Positions 27,501 to 39,088 of a stretch of DNA of 51,777 nucleotides are shown here, piece by piece; position 1 is the stretch's first letter, and every line of letters starts with the position of its first letter. Under the pieces are notes generated by a model, which did not search any database, had not been told where the DNA came from, and was given only the letters and a program-made list of their open reading frames with translations. Origin of the DNA: Catajapyx aquilonaris (Eukaryota); the NCBI GenBank assembly GCA_000934665.2, contig KZ540085.1, positions 1-51,777 on the forward strand, written 5' to 3'. The translations under genes and the position numbers were made by a program.

Positions 27501-29369
27501 AGATGAAAGGGTATTTTTGTGTATGTGTATCATTTTTCCATAAGCCTTTAGATTCTCTGTCACATAATGTGCTTTTGAAATGTCAGTATTGACCTTCTGT
27601 CCTGATGTGTGACAATGGACATCTCTGCTGTTTTCTACGATGAAAAAAAAACTCGATGGCTACGATAAATTGTCATTTATTCATTTCTCCCAATGAATAT
27701 TGTCCTGGAAACTTGTAGCCTATTTTTGCACTTCATGGCTTCATGTCCACTCCTCTTTAATCGGAGTGATTTAGGCCCTTGACACGAAGTAGCCAGACCA
27801 GCTGTCAATACCGAAATTACTGGGCAATACCCGCTGTAATGCACATCTGGCCCTCTCCATATATTCCAGGGGTGCCAATCCTTTCTCACCAGCAGGCCGC
27901 ACCATTAATTACTCTTTGTCGCCATCAGCTTTTGGCGATATTACGCGCAATTTACATCCCGCGGGACAAGAAATAATACTCAGCTGTCCTCAAGTGGCCA
28001 GGTCCATTCCAAAATTAATAAGCCCTCGAGTCCGGGGGCATTTTCCCTGGTTTTTTGAAGGGGGGGGGAGTGTGGACAGGGGGGGGGGGGGTTGATAAAG
28101 CTGGCACTTGGGCGGAGGTCCGGCGGTTTTGGTCCTCCCCCGATTTTGTAATTGGGAATTCCAGCTGTGTCCAGCCGGTATTAGGAGTTACAATGTTGTC
28201 TGCCAGGACTCCAATGCAGTTTTAATGACTCTACATGCCGTGCCGGCCAAAAGGACTTGCTAGAGTGCGGTCCGCTCCATCAAGAGACTTCCCCCGAAAA
28301 AAATGAGACTCTTTTTTTATGTTTTACGAAAGAAGCCTGTGGCCACCAAAATAATTGCCTAGATGGACATACGTAGCTGCAACAGGAAGAACCCAAGTGG
28401 TCTATGGCTATAGAGTGAACCTTCTAGTTTTAAATGGGATAATTTTAAAAAGATGATGAGGATGGATTGGAGGGAGGCAGCCCACATGGAACTCTCTCCC
28501 CCTACCACACCGCATCCGGAATAATTCATGGCCACAAGAAGTCAAATGCGGATCAAATGCAAATTGGGGGGAAAGAGGATGGAGGATTTTGATCGGAGGG
28601 ATTGAATCCCTGGAAACTAGATGGGATTTCCGGCATTTCCAGAGAGTAGAGGGGGAGAAAAAAAGCCTTGTGGGGACCAACCTGCAGGTCACACCACTTT
28701 TACTCCATTAGTTTTTTCCACGACTATTTTTGCAATCGAGCTTGCTGGAGACGTTAACTGGCCTGCAACATTTCCTTGGGAGGATCCCCACCGATGTGGT
28801 GAGTCTTGGTGTCACTTAGCCGCATAATTGACATGAGGGACTTGACCATCAGCATATTCTCCCCCCTGGCAGCCTTTCTACTTCCAGTGCTCTCCACCAC
28901 ACATTTGCAGAGTGTGTTGACTCAGTGGGCGGCAGAGTGTATTTGCGGCCGAGGTGGAGGAGAATTCAACGATGGCTAAATTAATGATAAGGGACACTGG
29001 GCAGTCCAGCACCACATCACTTGTGGACCTTACATAAGAGGGAGGGAGGGAGGGGGGCCTCGCTGATGGCTCTAGGCGGGAACCACGGTTCAAGCGGTGG
29101 GGGCGCCAAAGAAAGGTAGGTCTACCGGGCAATTCTGACATGAAACGTTCTTGTGTAAACATGTGGGGAGGGAGGGCTCACAGCGCTTTGCTGCCTTCAT
29201 GAATTTCAGAGCGAGCCATATCTATAAGGTCATAGGTGGTGATGCCCCACGGACACGGAGGCGCTGGTGCATACTCTGGGTACACTCGATATATTCCAGC
29301 CCCAGATGCCTCTCGTGGATCACCCCCTCCAGGGTCAGAAACTTTAAACCTTTCCTGCCCATCTGATCA

Positions 29370-29885
29370 ACTGGCCACCTTGGCTTCACTTGTCCCACTG
29401 GCCAAGTACTGTCTACACGACCTAGTCACACTGCTAGTGTCACTTGGTCACCCTGCAACGCATTGGCTATACACGACCTGGACACCTTGTCATGTCACCT
29501 GGCCACCCTGGATGCATGGAGCTGAACACCTTGGAGGCACCACCTGATTACCCTGGCAATCTAGACTTTACCACCTTGGAAACAACCTGGCCACCCTGAC
29601 CTATAGAGAGGCTCTAGGAAGAGAGTCGCCAACTTCTGACTTCACGGTCGACTCCGATTGGCTGGAGTAGTTATACAAGCCTTCTGGCTCCAGCCAATCG
29701 GAGTCGACTGTGACGTCAGAGCCGGCCACTTTTTACATAAAAACGCAAGATGGAGGTCTCCATAGGACAACATAAACAGCCCAAAATGACTCCAGCACAA
29801 CCGTGACATAAGTTGGGACTTTCTTCCTCGAGGCTCTCTACCCTGACCTCATGACCTGGCTACCTTGTCCACCTGAGCACCCAGG
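29370..29885. repeat. Decayed minisatellite rich in CACCTGG/CACCTTG units, interrupted by the 29604-29840 MITE
   Basis: Repeated CTGGCCACC, ACCTGG and CACCTTG motifs on both sides of the MITE. Confidence 0.55.
29604..29840. mobile_element. MITE (hAT- or Mutator-like by TSD length), about 237 bp, with an internal 33-bp hairpin
   Basis: TIRs of about 31 bp: TAGAGAGGCTCTAGGAAGAGAGTCGCCAACTT and AAGTTGGGACTTTCTTCCTCGAGGCTCTCTA. Flanking direct repeat (A)CCCTGACC(T) at 29593-29602 and 29840-29849 gives an 8-10 bp TSD with an ambiguous boundary. Internal inverted repeat 29635-29667 / 29688-29720 matches at 31/33. Confidence 0.85.
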
Positions 29886-32252
29886 CAAAAGTATGCCCCC
29901 CCCCCCCNCAACGTTTAGGTAGTGAGTTTTAGACATGGGGTCAGTTATGTTGGAATAGTGCAAGTAGGGCAGCCCCAGCAGCCTTCGCTCCGCCAGCTTC
30001 CGTCCTGTCGGCCGTTTAACGAATTATAGCCCGTTTGACTAGCTATAAAACGTGCGAATGTGCATCCTGATGAAGCTGGGAGGGAGGCCTGGTCCAAGCT
30101 GGTGTATTATGGGAGGAAGGGTGGGTGGGTGGGTGCAGAGAGTATAGGGATTGAAGCAGCGGCACACATGCGGCTGGTTCACTTGGGATACAAAATTCGG
30201 CGCAGGGTCACTGCCACGGAGGGTCTCAGAATTCAACCATACCCAAAAAGGGGTGGTCGGAAACTACACACTAATTACGTGCACGGATAGAAGAATGACC
30301 TGATGGCGAGAAAAAAAATTTGTCCTTCCGGGGTGGTGGTCACCAATGGCCCGCAGGTGACGCCACCAAGCGCGCGCAATGAATAACCAATTATCGGTAT
30401 TGTTTCTGGACCTGGCTAGTATCGGACGTGATCAAAAAGTCGAATCACATGGGTGGCCCCTTTTTTAAAAAGGTCGAGAGTTGCTGGGTATCAGCAAACT
30501 AAATCTGCAGGTTGCGTGATCAATGGTAAATCAAGAACAAGTGGTTAATCACGTAGAATTAATCACTTGTTATTGTCGATCATTCAACAGGCCATAAAAC
30601 GGCCCAATCTGAATGCGACCCACCCGCGATGACTGAGAGCGATAATAAATATTTCACCTTGCTAGAGTGCTGATGTCAATATGCGTCTGTCCCTTGCTAC
30701 ACATCATCGGTTATTAGTAACAGCTTTGTCTCCGATCGTTCCTCGCCCTATGGGCGGTATTACCACCATCTAAAACGTGTCCCTCCTGAGGTTTGGGGCC
30801 GCAGATTTTCCCAGCCGGTAACTGACTCTCAATTCCGAAATCTGCTGTTAAGCTCCCCGCCCTTTTTCCGCAAAGGTAGTTTTGCAAAGAGTGGAGGGGG
30901 AGATTTTAGCAATGGAGATGAGCCATCCCTCCCTCCACCCCCCTGATGCTGATTAATGCCGCCAGATGACATCACCAAGTTATGGTGGCCATAAGGAAGG
31001 CCTAGTGCCGTTTAATGGGGCATCTAACTGAAAAACACCTCCCAGGATGAGACTGATAATACAATTACTTCCTGGCTCAACTGCAGCCGATGGACACGTG
31101 ACGCTCCAGAGATGAAAGATTTTCAAGCCCAGCTTAAAACCCATCCACCCCCCACTCCTCTTTATTCCCCCACCTAAAAGCAATCAAACGGGACACAAAT
31201 TTCGTCGCCTAAAGTGTGGGACATTTTGCTGCAATCGATAGTCCAGCACCACCCTGCACCCCCCAAAAAATGGGTATTGGGACTGGAAAAGGTTCGGGTG
31301 AGGTAGTGCACAATTGGCGTGCAATTTGGGTTCAGACGGCCCGAGTTGTTTATGTCACTGGTGTTTGCATCAATGGTGCCAACAGAAATCCGCACCGCCA
31401 TTTTTGGTCCAAATCGCGGACATCTCGACCTACTTCTTGCTCACGACCAGTAAGTTGGCTTTAATTTTAGGTTGAGAGGCGGCGTGAATAATCTTCCAGC
31501 CGGAGTCACGTTGTGTATGGAAACAGCATGTACAAAACCGGCGGTACCTCCCAGATATGTAGTACCAGTTGTTAAAAAAGCAGAGCAAAAGAGTCGTGAT
31601 GTGTTGGCAGCGAATCCGTGGCCTGCTCTGGAGGCGCAGCTGTTTGTAAATTTAATGATAACCAGGGGCGTAATGAGATGGACAGGAAGGCAAAAAGAAA
31701 AGAGAGGAGGGGTTTTTTTTGCAAAAAAAAAAGAGTTGTAATTAGGATGGCGGGCTCCGTCAATGGCACCCTTAGAGCAGAGCAGCAATGCGGGGCCTAG
31801 TTACCGGGGGTCTGCCTGCCTGCTTCCTCCAATTATAAGCGGGCCAGGAATGCACGAGTTAACAAAACCCTCTGTTTCTTTCCCCGAGGTGGGATTCTAA
31901 TCCACCTATCCGAGTTGTTAGCTTTGCATCAAAGTCATTAGACCAGCGGGGGCCTCATTAGCACAGCCTTCTCTTACTTACTTTACACTTAAGTGGCTCA
32001 ATATCATATGAAGTAGTAGGAGGGGGTAATGGTGTGATTAACAGTTCCTCTCTCTCTCCCTGCCTCCCTACCCCCACCCACCCACCCTTTCACAGCAACT
32101 CCCCCNCTTTGCCAATTTCACTCCAGGGAATGTCTGGCGCAGTTCGAGGCCTGCTATAGCCCTTCTAGTTATCCCTTTTAGCTAGAAAAATGCGACGGGT
32201 GCTTTAGTAGTCACTAGTGAACTCCTTGTCAAACTTGGCAACACTGCCCGGG

Positions 32253-32335
32253 CCCCCGACTGTCCACCTAGTACCTGATCAAGCTCATAGATGGCGCATC
32301 CTCCCTCTCCGATGCCACTGGTGGTACGAGGAGTA
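32253..32335 (+). repeat. Interspersed repeat family X, copy C
   Basis: CCCCCGACTGT...TAGTAC...GCTCATAGATGGCGCATCCTCCCTCTCC...TGCCACT. Confidence 0.65.
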
Positions 32336-32386
32336 GTGCAGCCCCCTGCAACTCACATTTCCTTATTGTGACGATGGCGTACTTAG

Positions 32387-32579
32387 AGAGTCTCCGCCAC
32401 CCCGGATTTGGTGCTGGTTTCGCCCCAGCGGGTTGCCAGGCGTACTCGGGCGGACGCCTTCTGACACCAACCCCGTTCCAGGTGGTAGCACGTCTGCAGA
32501 TTCAGCCGCCATCCACCCGAGTGCGCCTGGCAACCCGCTGAAGCGACGCCAGCGCAAAATCCGGGGTGGCGGAGACTCT
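32387..32579. mobile_element. GC-rich foldback MITE, about 193 bp, possibly PIF/Harbinger-type
   Basis: Arms of about 70 bp: AGAGTCTCCGCCACCCCGGATTT...CAGCGGGTTGCCAGGCGTACTCGGG and its inverted copy ending ...AAATCCGGGGTGGCGGAGACTCT. Flanked by TTAG on the left and TAA on the right. The superfamily call rests only on the TTA/TAA-like flanks. Confidence 0.8.
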
Positions 32580-33324
32580 TAAGTATACGCTACACCGTAT
32601 CATAGGAGGTGCAGGAGGCTGGAGTATAGTGGAACTATCAGCAATTTGCAAGCCACTATTCAGAGCACGTGGACCAAACAGGGTGTGCCAGGTTCCCCCG
32701 CAAGCAATCACGTTTCTCCAAATGACACATCATTGTCCCTGATTGTATCTGAACTACCAATCAGGTATCGGTCCCTAACCGTATTTTCTCGAACGTGTTA
32801 GTCGAATCAAAGATCACTAAAAATGTTTCCACTCCCATTTCCCCCTCTCCTGATGGACATGCAACCAATTGACAACAAATCGAGGGAACCGGTAAAGACA
32901 TGGGATCCGTGACGCGCCCATTTAACAACCCTTGTAAGGTGGGTGGGTGGGCATACATACCGGGGGTCTACATGATGATTGGGCAAATCCGTCCCGTGTG
33001 CGTGGGGTTCGATTGAAACTCTGCAAATTGCTACTGCCAGTACCTTCAAGTAACCCCCCCACCTCCCAACTAACCCCACTGCGAGCGGAATTTCTGCTGA
33101 CTCGCAAAGGGAGGGGCCCTCCCCGCATTCTAATCCGGGGGCCTCCACCGAACATCTGCATCATTAGTTAGTGACCAAAGAATACACCTTAATTAGCATA
33201 ATCTTCGTTTCTGCATAAACGCCCAGTTACGTTACTAATTAGCGTGAAAATACGGTAGGTGGGCGATGTCGAATTCGCCAAGTCATGCACGCTCCAGCTA
33301 ACAAATGTTTCCCTCCCCCTCTGT

Positions 33325-33325
<1 letters not shown>

Positions 33326-33367
<42 letters not shown>
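33326..33367. repeat. (CT)n microsatellite
   Basis: Perfect dinucleotide run. Confidence 0.97.
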
Positions 33368-33370
<3 letters not shown>

Positions 33371-34991
33371 ATTGTTGGCATTTTTCTGGCTGGAGGCTGC
33401 TGCTGCGAGGGTGGGATCAAGAGCATGGAAGTTTAACTGTAATCAGCTAACTTCGGATCAGATAATCAGAGCGTACGAAATATTTCGCGTCAGAAATAAT
33501 TCCATTGCAAAAAAAAAAAAAAAAAAATCCGTAAGAAAAACGGTAACATAGGATGAACAAAGAACGATTTTTTGTCGCATTAATCAAATTATCATTAAGC
33601 TCATGGTTAATTTCAGTGGTTATCAAAAGTATATTAGGCAAAACTGAACCATGCGCTACCTGCGTATTGTAATGACTGATTGTAACAATTGGCATCAAAC
33701 GTTAATGACGGAATCCATTTTTGCAGGCTTTATAAAGGATTGGTACAAAACATAATATTATAGTAGCTCATACTTTAGATAGCCATTAATGATATGCAGC
33801 TTAGTGCGAACAGCAATCGGACAAGGATTTGACCGAAATCATGATGAACATTTATTGAGAGCATAATATAGCCTACCTTCAAAAGCAGCAATAACGTCTG
33901 AGAGCTAATTCGTTTCAGTTTTGCTGTCGACAACAATGAATAACAAACCTTTCTTCTGGCTCAGCTTTTATCAAAGGAGCTAAAAATAGACGGGAGAGGA
34001 TGAAAGCAATTTCTGTGTTTAATTCGGCCAGCACAAAATGCTAATCGCAATTAATATTTAATACACCCCCTCCTCCCCCATTGCTCTCCCTTATTCCCAT
34101 CCCTTCCCATCCGACATTTTGGAATCAGACATTTGCAAATGCCTTATCACCTTATCTGTAGAGGGAGAGTGGGGGTGTATAGGGGGGGTAGGGGAGGGAA
34201 AAGTAATTCTGGAATCAGCATTCGTGACTTCAAAGGTACGCGATTCGGCAAAGTTGTGGTCTCATTTCAGCTACAGCAGATAAAGGCGGATTTTGAGACT
34301 GTATTTCATTACCCGAACTACTTTATATAATTACCAGTCTACAACTTTGAAAGCTGGGCGAGACGACGCTAAGAGTGGGGTGGGGTGGGGGGANCCCCCC
34401 CACCACCCTCCTTATGTTGAAGAACATTTCGTCATGACTTCGTATAGAAGTTCGCCTTACCTTTGTGAAGGAGGAGCCAGGGAAATGGAACAGAGTCAGG
34501 AATTCAAATACCGCTCACAGACTCATGATTATTATTATGAGGGCACCTTAAAAAGATGGGGGGACCCCATAAGTACTTCGCACTTCCAACTTGCACAGGG
34601 GGGAGAATTCCCAATATCAGGCAGCCATTGTTGGCGACGGAGGCACAAGTTCGGGATCTTGGGATTCGAAAATATTGTATCCATCAGGATTGAAGGAAAT
34701 TATCTTCATCTTATTTATTTTTCCAGGAAGGCAATAATCCAATAATATGCTAATATTTATTTATATACTGTACTAGCGATGTTTACACCGGTAGTCTGAT
34801 AGCAACCAAGTGAAGATAGCTCCTCCTCCCATTGCGCATGCGCAGAACGGGGCCAATAGGAAGCGTCGCGCTAACAATTTACGACGGACCAATCAGAAGC
34901 ATTATGCAAACAACGCAGGATTTCAATTTTATTCATTTATTCCCTTGCTAAAAATTGGCCCCGTCCCTGCCTTTTTTTTATTTTTCTCTGT

Positions 34992-35080
34992 CCCTGACTG
35001 TGGACGTAGTACACAATCACCCATATAGATGACGCACATTACCGATGACTCACCGCGGACATAGGCACAGACCCATGCCA
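34992..35080 (+). repeat. Interspersed repeat family X, copy D (internally deleted)
   Basis: CCCTGACTGT...TAGTACAC...ATAGATGACGCA is joined almost directly to GATGACTCACCGCGGACATAGGCACAG, matching the two ends of copy B. Confidence 0.65.
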
Positions 35081-38000
35081 ATACATGCTATACGTGATTC
35101 ATTACTTCATTGATTCATATATTTATTGCAATATTATTTAGGATGTGAAAATGCTTACTCTCAATCTAATATTAGTGACATCGCTCCATGACGTCGCGAA
35201 ACTACCGGATATAGTTTGTTTGGTCCATAAATCGTCGGAGAGCAAGGAGCGATATATTAGGTCGCCAAATGCTATGTACTTTTTCCTTGGACTCACACTA
35301 ACACTAAACACAATTTTCAAAAGATTGATGATCACTAATTCATTTTCTGGGTTTCTGAACATGGTCGCTCGGGACCTTCGTTTTAAAAAAATAATTAAAA
35401 GAGTAACTCGCTTGAAGTTTGCAAATGCCGTTCTTACCACAACGCGGAACTTGCACCGGGGCGGTTTGCAAAATACGAGGAAATCGATTTTGGTGAGTCC
35501 ATTCCAATAGGCCTATCAGCAGCGCAATATTGTACTAAAACACTCCCCCCCCCCCCCNTTTCCCCCCTGAAACCGTTGTGATGTCCGCTACAAACATTTT
35601 TACCCCTTATTGATTTCGCTCATTACTCCGCATGCGCGACTTTTAAGTAAATCTCTGGATTGTGGCCAAAAATGTCACCAGATCCAACAATAGTCTCGTT
35701 TCTTCTCTTTTTTGTTAAAAAAAATAACTGTCTTGGGGACCAGAGGAAAACTTAAGAGGCTGTAGCACTAAAGAGATGCGAAACGAGGAGAAGTAATAGG
35801 TAATCTCCGCTGAGTGGATTCGGATTAAAGGGGTTCAGCACAGGAATGGATAATTAAATCGACATAATCCGTGCACTGAGCCTAATTCGTTAAAAAAATA
35901 ATTGCGCCCCCCCAGTATTAGTTTGGTGAATTCCTCAGTTATTTAATAGCAGGACACGTGGCTCTTATATGCAGAAAATGATGGCGGTCGTATTATTTGT
36001 GCGCCAATAATAAGTTTAATAAGTTTTATTTACCTGCGGGGCTTTGTGGGCCCTTCTGCATTATTTGTGAGCCAAAAATTGCTCATTTAGCACTTTCAGA
36101 TGACACTATTGCTGATGGCCAAATTTGACGCAATTCAGTGAAACATACACAGAGTTTCCCTCACCTCTTCATCCGATTATGAGAGAGAATTGTCATGACG
36201 GGGCGATACTGTTATTTCCAAACTCAGTTGGAGACCTGATTCAATCATATGTCAGTTCGAGTTCGAAAAAATAAATTACAAAGGGAAAGGGGTTGTTGCT
36301 CCAACGAGAGTTACTTGGTCAATACATGAAATGGCATGATTATCCCCCCCCCCCGTCCCCCTCCCCCTTTTCCAGCCCTCAAATCACGACAGATTTGTCG
36401 CCGATATTGTTTACATAATATAGTAAACGCACCGCACATCCACAGCGGAAACCAATTTGCATACATTGATCTTATAGATTACCAAGCGCAATTTGTGCCG
36501 TTTCTACTCCACGTCACTTTTGCAGCGCTGTTAAATAGGCGGAGCTGTGTAATGCCCGCATTTTAACTTAGGTACTTAGTACTTACAGTTAGTTACACTA
36601 CAGTGTTCAAAATGTGGTCAATTGACACCAAAATTCCACAAAAAACGCATTAATTTTTTTTTTCATGTATCAGATCCACACACGCGTTCGAGAGGTTCCA
36701 TCACGTGTAATGTAAATAAACTAATGTTAACCATACTATAATAACTGTAGATATCGCATATCGCAACTGTGTTGTAGTCAGAAAATTGCGAGTAAATTTT
36801 TTTATGAAAAGAAAAATTAAAATTAGTTCCACGAATAGTTATAGATGTTGTACAGAGTATGCAGTACATGAATGTTCAGTTCACAAGTTGCCTGCGGGTC
36901 CTGCAGGACTGCGTTTCAATTGTCTTTTTCTTTTGTACGCCGCCGACGCGACGTAAAGCAAGCAACGTGATGCATCTGAATATCTGATACATCACAGTCG
37001 ACAGTAACCGTACAGTACCCTATGCTTTAAATTTCAACAATGCGAGGCAGCGAGGGTTATTATTCCACAACAGTGATATTCATGCCAGTCAGTTTTCAAT
37101 AGTCTGCTGAGCCATACACGACGAGTTGCAAATCGTTCTTTACTGTAGTGTCCGTAAAAGTCATAATGACTAATATTTAATTTTAATTTGATATACAACG
37201 GTAATGCAACTCGTGATTTTGAATTTTACTATAATGTACGGTAATTTAATTTAATATTAAATATTTGCTAATCTGCCAACCAGAAAATGGAAACTGCCAT
37301 ATTGGGTCCTGAGAGTCAAAAATAATGTGGTGGGAATTGTCATGTACCGGTACTTATACATTGTTTAGCTATGTAGTACATACAAAGTAGTGCATACACA
37401 CATGGTTCATTTATCTTATAAATATGTAAAATTTACCTCGTTAACTACAATATATCATCATCATGCTGATCTGGACCAAACATGGCGGCGCCCATTTCAC
37501 GTGGCGCTTCTTACTAATAAAGACTTTAACCACCGCAGCGTTGCCAAATCCACTTTTTCTGAACAAGTCGCGCCGGCTGCCTGAAGTGCAGGATAAACAA
37601 GCCGTATATTTAATCCGAGCCAAGTGTGGGTGACGCCATCTCATTACTGCATAGACGCAGTTGTTGCCGGCACATTTCAGGAAGCGAACCAAAAAAAAAC
37701 GAGCTATCTCCGTTGGAAAGGAAAAGCAAAGAAGAGTAAAGTATCTGGCCCAAGTCGACGCCTGCGCAGAACTAGAACCCAAGGTTTTCTAAAACGCCGT
37801 CTCTCTCTCTCTCTCTCCCTCCGACTACTGCAAAGAACTGTCTTGGGCACTTAGTCTAATGAATTTTCTAATCCTTCCCTATTGTGCTGAGGGAAGGGCC
37901 TCCTCCTCCTCCTCCTCCTCCCTAATATAAAAACAATTCACTAATGCTAGGGATACGCACATCAATTTTTCTAATTGCGCCTCCCCTGTATACGTATGCC

Positions 38001-38495
38001 CAAGTTGCATAAACGAAATTAATGAACTAAGGAGGGAGTGGGGGGGATTTCAAAAGGCGAAATCGTAGCCCGAAGAGCACCTTTAATTAAACGTAAGTAC
38101 ACCTCTCCAAAAAGGACTTGTCTGCAACTTCGCCCATTAATTCATGTGACTAGGGGCTTGGGGGGGCCTAGAGGGGACGGTGGTGGTGTGAGGGTGGGAA
38201 AAGGGGGCGCAAGTGCAGAGGTTCCAAGGAACTTCTCTCTTTCAAGGGATGCACTTACACTTTGCTCCAGACTCATGCAGTTATCAACTGTATGGACTCG
38301 TAGTACCTTATTCCATATTCTTATAGCGGAATCAGAATCACTTCGAGTTAGCGATGGAAAAAATTGCTAAATTAAGCAGCTAATATCGGCACATTTATAG
38401 CAATAACATTCTCAACTAATAACCAGCATATTATTAACTAATATTATATAACACATCTGTAGCAAACTTGCCTCTGTATAACTAATATTATGACA

Positions 38496-39088
38496 CTAGC
38501 AGGGGAGCCCTCTTGGCTCTCGCGCAGTCTGTTTAAATGGGCACGAAATTGGGGTAAATGGGTATGAAATGGGCAAACGAACAAACTTTGTCCTATATGT
38601 TTCAACTTTTTTGTCCGAACAGTTATCGGAAAATTGCACTTAGCTGCTACTTTGTAAGCAGTGACTTGCAAACGGTGATTTTTCGGAAGAACGGGGAATA
38701 TTCCCTGCGAATCGTAGGTTGAAGTGGCATACGGTGCTGCCCGCTGAAAATTGAGGGTCAAGCCTGGAAAAAAGAGGGTCACACATGCCATGGGATGTGT
38801 GACCCTCTTTTCCCCCCGTTCCTCCGACAAATCACCGGTTGCAAGTTACTGCTTACAAAGTAGCAGCTACGTGCAATTTTCCGATAACTGTTCGGACAAA
38901 AAAGTTGAAACACCCTGTATATACCAGAAAAAATCCTAAATTTTGGGTATTTAGACTCACTTTTCCCTCAATCAGTGGCAGGTAAGCCATCGGTGTGCCA
39001 AGTTTCAGCACTCTCAGTAACCTGGCAGTGGGTTAGGTAGCTCGAACATACAAACACTTAGAGAAAGTGCCTCATTTTAAAATATAGA
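38496..39088 (-). mobile_element. Short non-autonomous Helitron (about 270 bp core) interrupted by a nested MITE
   Basis: Minus-strand 5' end A|TCTATATTTTAAAATGAG...TGTTTGTATGT...TGAAACTTGGCACAC. The 3' end has a GAGCC-AAGAG-GGCTC hairpin followed by CCCTG-CTAG|T. These are the canonical TC...CTRR termini inserted between A and T with no TSD. A second partial copy lies at 16357-16509. Confidence 0.75.
38598..38917. mobile_element. Mariner-like palindromic MITE (about 320 bp) nested in the Helitron
   Basis: Near-perfect inverted arms of about 100 bp (TGTTTCAACTTTTTTGTCCGAACAGTTATCGGAAAATTGCAC... / ...GTGCAATTTTCCGATAACTGTTCGGACAAAAAAGTTGAAACA). The right end CACCCTG|TA is the TA-CAGGGTG mariner-type terminus; the left end lacks CAGGG. 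A central perfect 17-bp stem is at 38770-38786 / 38795-38811. Confidence 0.88.

Noticed and set aside
30535..30570. 14-bp hairpin AACAAGTGGTTAAT / ATTAATCACTTGTT as a miRNA precursor
   Set aside because: The stem is too short and AT-rich, and flanking pairing is poor.
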